From Podarcis melisellensis (taxonomy: Eukaryota), in the NCBI GenBank assembly GCA_964234715.1, contig OZ174282.1: DNA of 64,000 nucleotides, one strand, 5' to 3'. This document shows positions 59,992-64,000 of this stretch, one piece after another (positions within the stretch are counted from its first letter, which is position 1; every line of letters starts with the position of its first letter). The notes under the pieces are model-generated. The model ran no database searches. It saw only the letters and a program-made list of their open reading frames with translations, and had not been told where the DNA came from. A program made the translations under genes and the position numbers.

Positions 59992-60151
59992 AGAAGGGGA
60001 TGACAGAGGACGAGATGGTTGGACAGTGTTCTCGAAGCTACTAACATGAGTTTGACCAAACTGCAGGAGGCAGTGGAAGACAGGAGTGCCTGGCGTGCTC
60101 TGGTCCATGGGGTCATGAAGGGCCGGACATGACTAAACGACTAAACGACAA
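59992..60151 (+). mobile_element. BovB LINE short 3' end
   Basis: highly similar to 20201-20360. Confidence 0.92.
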
Positions 60152-61074
60152 GGTAATTTGGATCCAAAAGTTTCTAGTTCTAAACTGACAAACTAATCTA
60201 GAAAAGACAAAAGCAGACATGCTTGCTCCCTTGTTTTCAGAGGATAGATCCAAGTTGACCTCTCATATTGAGATTGGAGATAGAAGTGTATGGAGGAGGA
60301 AGTGGTAAACAGGATGCAACCTAAGACATTATCAGTCTAAACTTTTAACAGATAGGGAGAACAGCACAGAGTGTTCAGGGATGGTCTGGGAACCTGGAGA
60401 TCCCTTGCTCTGTCTCTTTTAACCAAATGCAAACCCATTTCTGCAAGCCGAGTTGCACCCAAACTTCCAACACAAACATGCTTCAAAATTGGCACGTGGC
60501 TCATAATGGGCTCAGCAGCACCTTCCATTACACATACAAAGCTACTAGTGGCACTGCAAGGAGGCATGGCACTGGGACCTCCAGCATGCCCAAGCATGGA
60601 AGACCACTCCGAGCATCCAGATCGCCGGGAAACATAGCTTGCCAGGTTTCTCAGGAATCCCAGCAACTGGAACATTGCTGGAACCTAATGGAGCCCCTCG
60701 TGCTGGTCCTCTGTGCTCTTGCCGCTGCTAAATGCTGGGAAAAGGGAAGAGGTGGTTATGGGGGCAAGGAGGGCCTCAAACAAGAAGGTAACGGGGGAGC
60801 AGTTGAGTTCCCAGTGATATAGTTGGGGCCACTCTGAATTTAGGGTGGTGGTGTGTGCAGATGGCTATCCCTAGCCATGCTGTATGCTGGTTTTACATAC
60901 ATGGAATTCCATCTCAGCTTAGGAGCAGAGGAAGTTACCTTATACTGAGCCAGCACCATTGGCCCACCTAGCACTGTACACAGATTCTCCAGGGTTTGAA
61001 GCAGGAGGCTGGTGCTGAGCCCATTATGAGCCAAGCCCAAAAGGATTAATGGGTTGAAGTAACCCTCTCACAAG

Positions 61075-61742
61075 GAAAAGTTGAAACATCTGTGGCATTT
61101 TAGCACAGAGAAAGGGCAAGGAAGAGACGACACGCTGGAAGTTTATAAAACTATGCATGGCATGGGGAAAGTGGAGAGAGAAAAGTTTCCCCTCCCTCTC
61201 TCATAACACTAGAATTCGTGGAAACCCAATGAAGCTGAATGTTGGAAGATTCAGGACGTTCTTCACGCTGTGGAACTTGCTCCCATGGAAGGCAGTGATG
61301 GCCACTAACATGGATTGTTTGTTTGTTCATTTATATCCCTCCATTTCCTCATTAAATCCCCACAACAACTCTGTGAGGTAGGCTAGGCTGAGAGGCAGTG
61401 CTTGGCTTAAGTTCAACCAGTAAGCTTATGGCTGAGTGGGGATTTGAATCCCTAGTCCAACACTGTAACCACTACACCACACTCGCTCTAAAAGAGGAGT
61501 CAACAAATGGATGAAGGACAGGGCTATCGATGGCTACTAGCAACTATTGCTATGCACTGCCTCCATGGTCAGAGGCAGCAATGCTTCTGTAGATCAGTTG
61601 CTGGAAGCCATGAGAGAGAAGAGAGCTCTGGCACTCAAGTCCTGATTGTGTCTTCCCTGCAGGCATCTGGTTGGCCACTGCAAGATCAGGATGCTGGACT
61701 AGATGAGCCACTGGCCCAGCCCAGCTGGCTATTATTCTTATA
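61075..61742 (+). mobile_element. CR1 3' end interrupted by a CORE-like SINE (61315-61485)
   Basis: SHNTRIRGNPMKLNVGRFRT..LWNLLP; resumes at aaaagaggag..aacaaat after the SINE. Confidence 0.85.
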
Positions 61743-62699
61743 TTCTTGCTGGATGTGCTGGGGATTGGACCTGAGTCCCTTCTGCATACCAAGCATTCGC
61801 CCTGCTTCTGAACTACAGCTCCTTTTTCTCATTAAAAAGCAGCCATCCTTGCCTCGCACTTTTGCCCCCAACTGAACCAACCATCTGGTATTTTGTGTGT
61901 GTGTGTGGCTGTGTTTGTTTTGTTAACACAGAGAAAGTAGAATCAATAGGTTATTTTTCATTGCCTTTTCCAATGCAGTCAGGGAAGAGAACACTGATGC
62001 AAGAATGAAGAAAACGGTATTTGAGAATGCAGAGGTAATTCTGTTCAAACAATTGTTCTCTTCTTTTTGCTACACTCTTACAAGAATATAAACAAGATGC
62101 ATTTTAAGCACCCCTCCCCCCCGACCATCCATCACCCAATTCCAGGTTTTCATTACAACTATTACACCCCTGTTGCATACATTATAAATTACAGTTTTAG
62201 TGATAAATTATGTACTTTTAAATGCTAGCCGTGGTCTCCCGTTGTTGTTAAAAACAATAATAGATTTGCTGGAAGTTGGGGAGGGGGAGTCATAGAATCC
62301 CAGGGAAATGAATATTTATGAGGCGGGTGCTGCTTTTTTTAAAAAAAAGGAAAAAGGGAAAAAGAAAAGGCAATTCTCTGCCAGGAATCTTGGGGGATTT
62401 ATAAATGACTTCCTGTTAAAACGTTCTTTGCAGCTTGTCATGCTCAAAATGCCAAGCCATTAGGAATGGAGGCAGTGGGGTGTGGGGGTGGAAAAGGAAT
62501 ATGATTGACACCCCCACCCACCCAGCCACCCCCCTACCCACCTTGGTTGCTGCAGCAATGCTGGCTGCAGCTTGCCATACAAATCTGGTCCTTCTGGAAA
62601 TGGCCGCTGTGACAGATTGTGCTCTCTCTGTGTGTCAGACATTCTTCCTCAGGGCTGGCCCAAAAGACATCTTTCAGCTTGAGACAAAGGACAAGATAG

Positions 62700-62863
62700 C
62701 CCCTGAGTCCCAGTTGCTGGGATGCACAGCTGGGAAGAGTATCATAGCACTCAGATCCTGCTTGCGGGCTTCTCAGGAGAGGCATCTGGTTGGCCACTGT
62801 GAGAGAAGAGGATGCTGGATTCGATGGGCCATTGGCCTGATCCAGCGGGCTCTTCTTATGTTC
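62700..62863 (+). mobile_element. CR1 3' UTR
   Basis: ggcatctggttggccactgtgag...gcctgatccagc..gctcttcttatgttc. Confidence 0.85.
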
Positions 62864-64000
62864 AACTCTGAGGCTAAGGAGGGGGAAGCTGAGTGTCAGG
62901 CAGATGTGGGTTGTCTGAGAGCAGACCAAGGTTGGTGGGGAAATGCCCCATTCATCTTAATGAGTGTCAGAATATATAATGCACAGTATCCAGTTCTGTG
63001 GATGTGGCTCATTGCTTCCTTGCCATGAAAGGATGGCCACTTTATTGGTCTACTGTTTCTTCTAGCAACACAATTCCCTCCTATTCCCTATGGAGGTTGG
63101 GTGAAGAGAGGGTCTTGCTCCTTGGCCCCTTCCCTCAGGCCCCTGCATCCCACCCTCCCTCTTGCAAGCCCATCTCACCTCCCTGCCCAGGTTTTTTTTT
63201 TGGGGGGGGGCATGTGTAAACTCTACTTATCTCCACAACAAGCCACCTAAAGTAGCCCAGGTTAGGCCTGGTTCAAGTGGCTTGCTGTGTGGGTAAGTAG
63301 ACTGAAAGATCTTGTACTGCTCTTCATTTCACAGGTTTTTCCTTCCTGACAAAGAAGCTTTAGATCAGATTCCTAAGGAGGTGGGTTGGATCTTGACGAT
63401 CTTCCAAGGAGCCTTCTGAAATCTGTTACCCCTTTGAATCGTGCCGTGCTCTTTTCTCTTCCAAGCCCTTCCCTGGGTCGGGAACAGATTCTGCTGGACA
63501 GCATCCACCTTAGATCTTGTTCTCCAGCATGCCATACATCACTATCCTTTTTGGGGAGTCTGACAGATGCTTTGTTAATGGGAGACGGTGCTGTTTTGCC
63601 TTTTGATGCTTCATTCATGCATTTGCTGGTGATTAGAGCATGAATTATTGCTGCAATTAGCTGGCAGCGCTGGCAAATCCTGGCAGCCAATGCAGACATG
63701 GCAGGCTGTGGAACATCATCCAAGAGAGGTTCCCCCCTCTAAGAGGACTAGACAGGTATCCATTTGGGTACACACCTCCTTCCTTGTCTTCTTCCTTCTT
63801 CCCTTCCTGCTCTGCCCCCCCCACTTTCCAGATGCCCTCCGATGCCCATTCTTTCCCCCACTTGTTCTCCTATCAGGGAAAAATGATTGCTCTATTTGTT
63901 CTGCCTAAAATTACTGTCAGTGTGAAGGATAGAAGCCCGTAACTGGGGCTTTGATCGCAAGCTGTTCTTTTTCTATCTCCTCACTGCCTTTGCCGGCGCT

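Overview
This is vertebrate nuclear DNA, most likely from a lacertid lizard (inferred from a full-length Sauria SINE, BovB 3' ends and squamate-type CR1, L2 and Penelope tails). I found no credible host protein-coding exon, tRNA, rRNA or CRISPR array, so the window looks like a gene desert or a very large intron. A large share of it is transposon debris: LINE fragments (CR1, L2, L1, RTE, BovB), SINEs, a Penelope remnant, three solo-LTR-like elements, a decayed hAT/Tip100 transposase, and many hAT and Tc1/mariner-type MITEs with readable TIRs and TSDs. Between the repeats lie unique blocks that look like conserved developmental enhancers; that call is inference only. The most interesting signals are: (i) two different solo LTRs whose U3 is open in the same phase from LTR nucleotide 2 for 116-130 codons, one visible only after removing an L1 insertion; (ii) a Penelope remnant forming a 38-bp perfect inverted repeat with a minimal hammerhead ribozyme core on each strand; (iii) a young hAT MITE carrying a CpG-island-like cargo with adjacent CRE and GC box; (iv) MITEs of different superfamilies filled with similar nested hairpins; (v) five insertions nested inside one CR1; (vi) tight POU and TALE motif clusters. 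Family names come from recalled consensus features, not database searches. Boundaries without a stated TSD are approximate.
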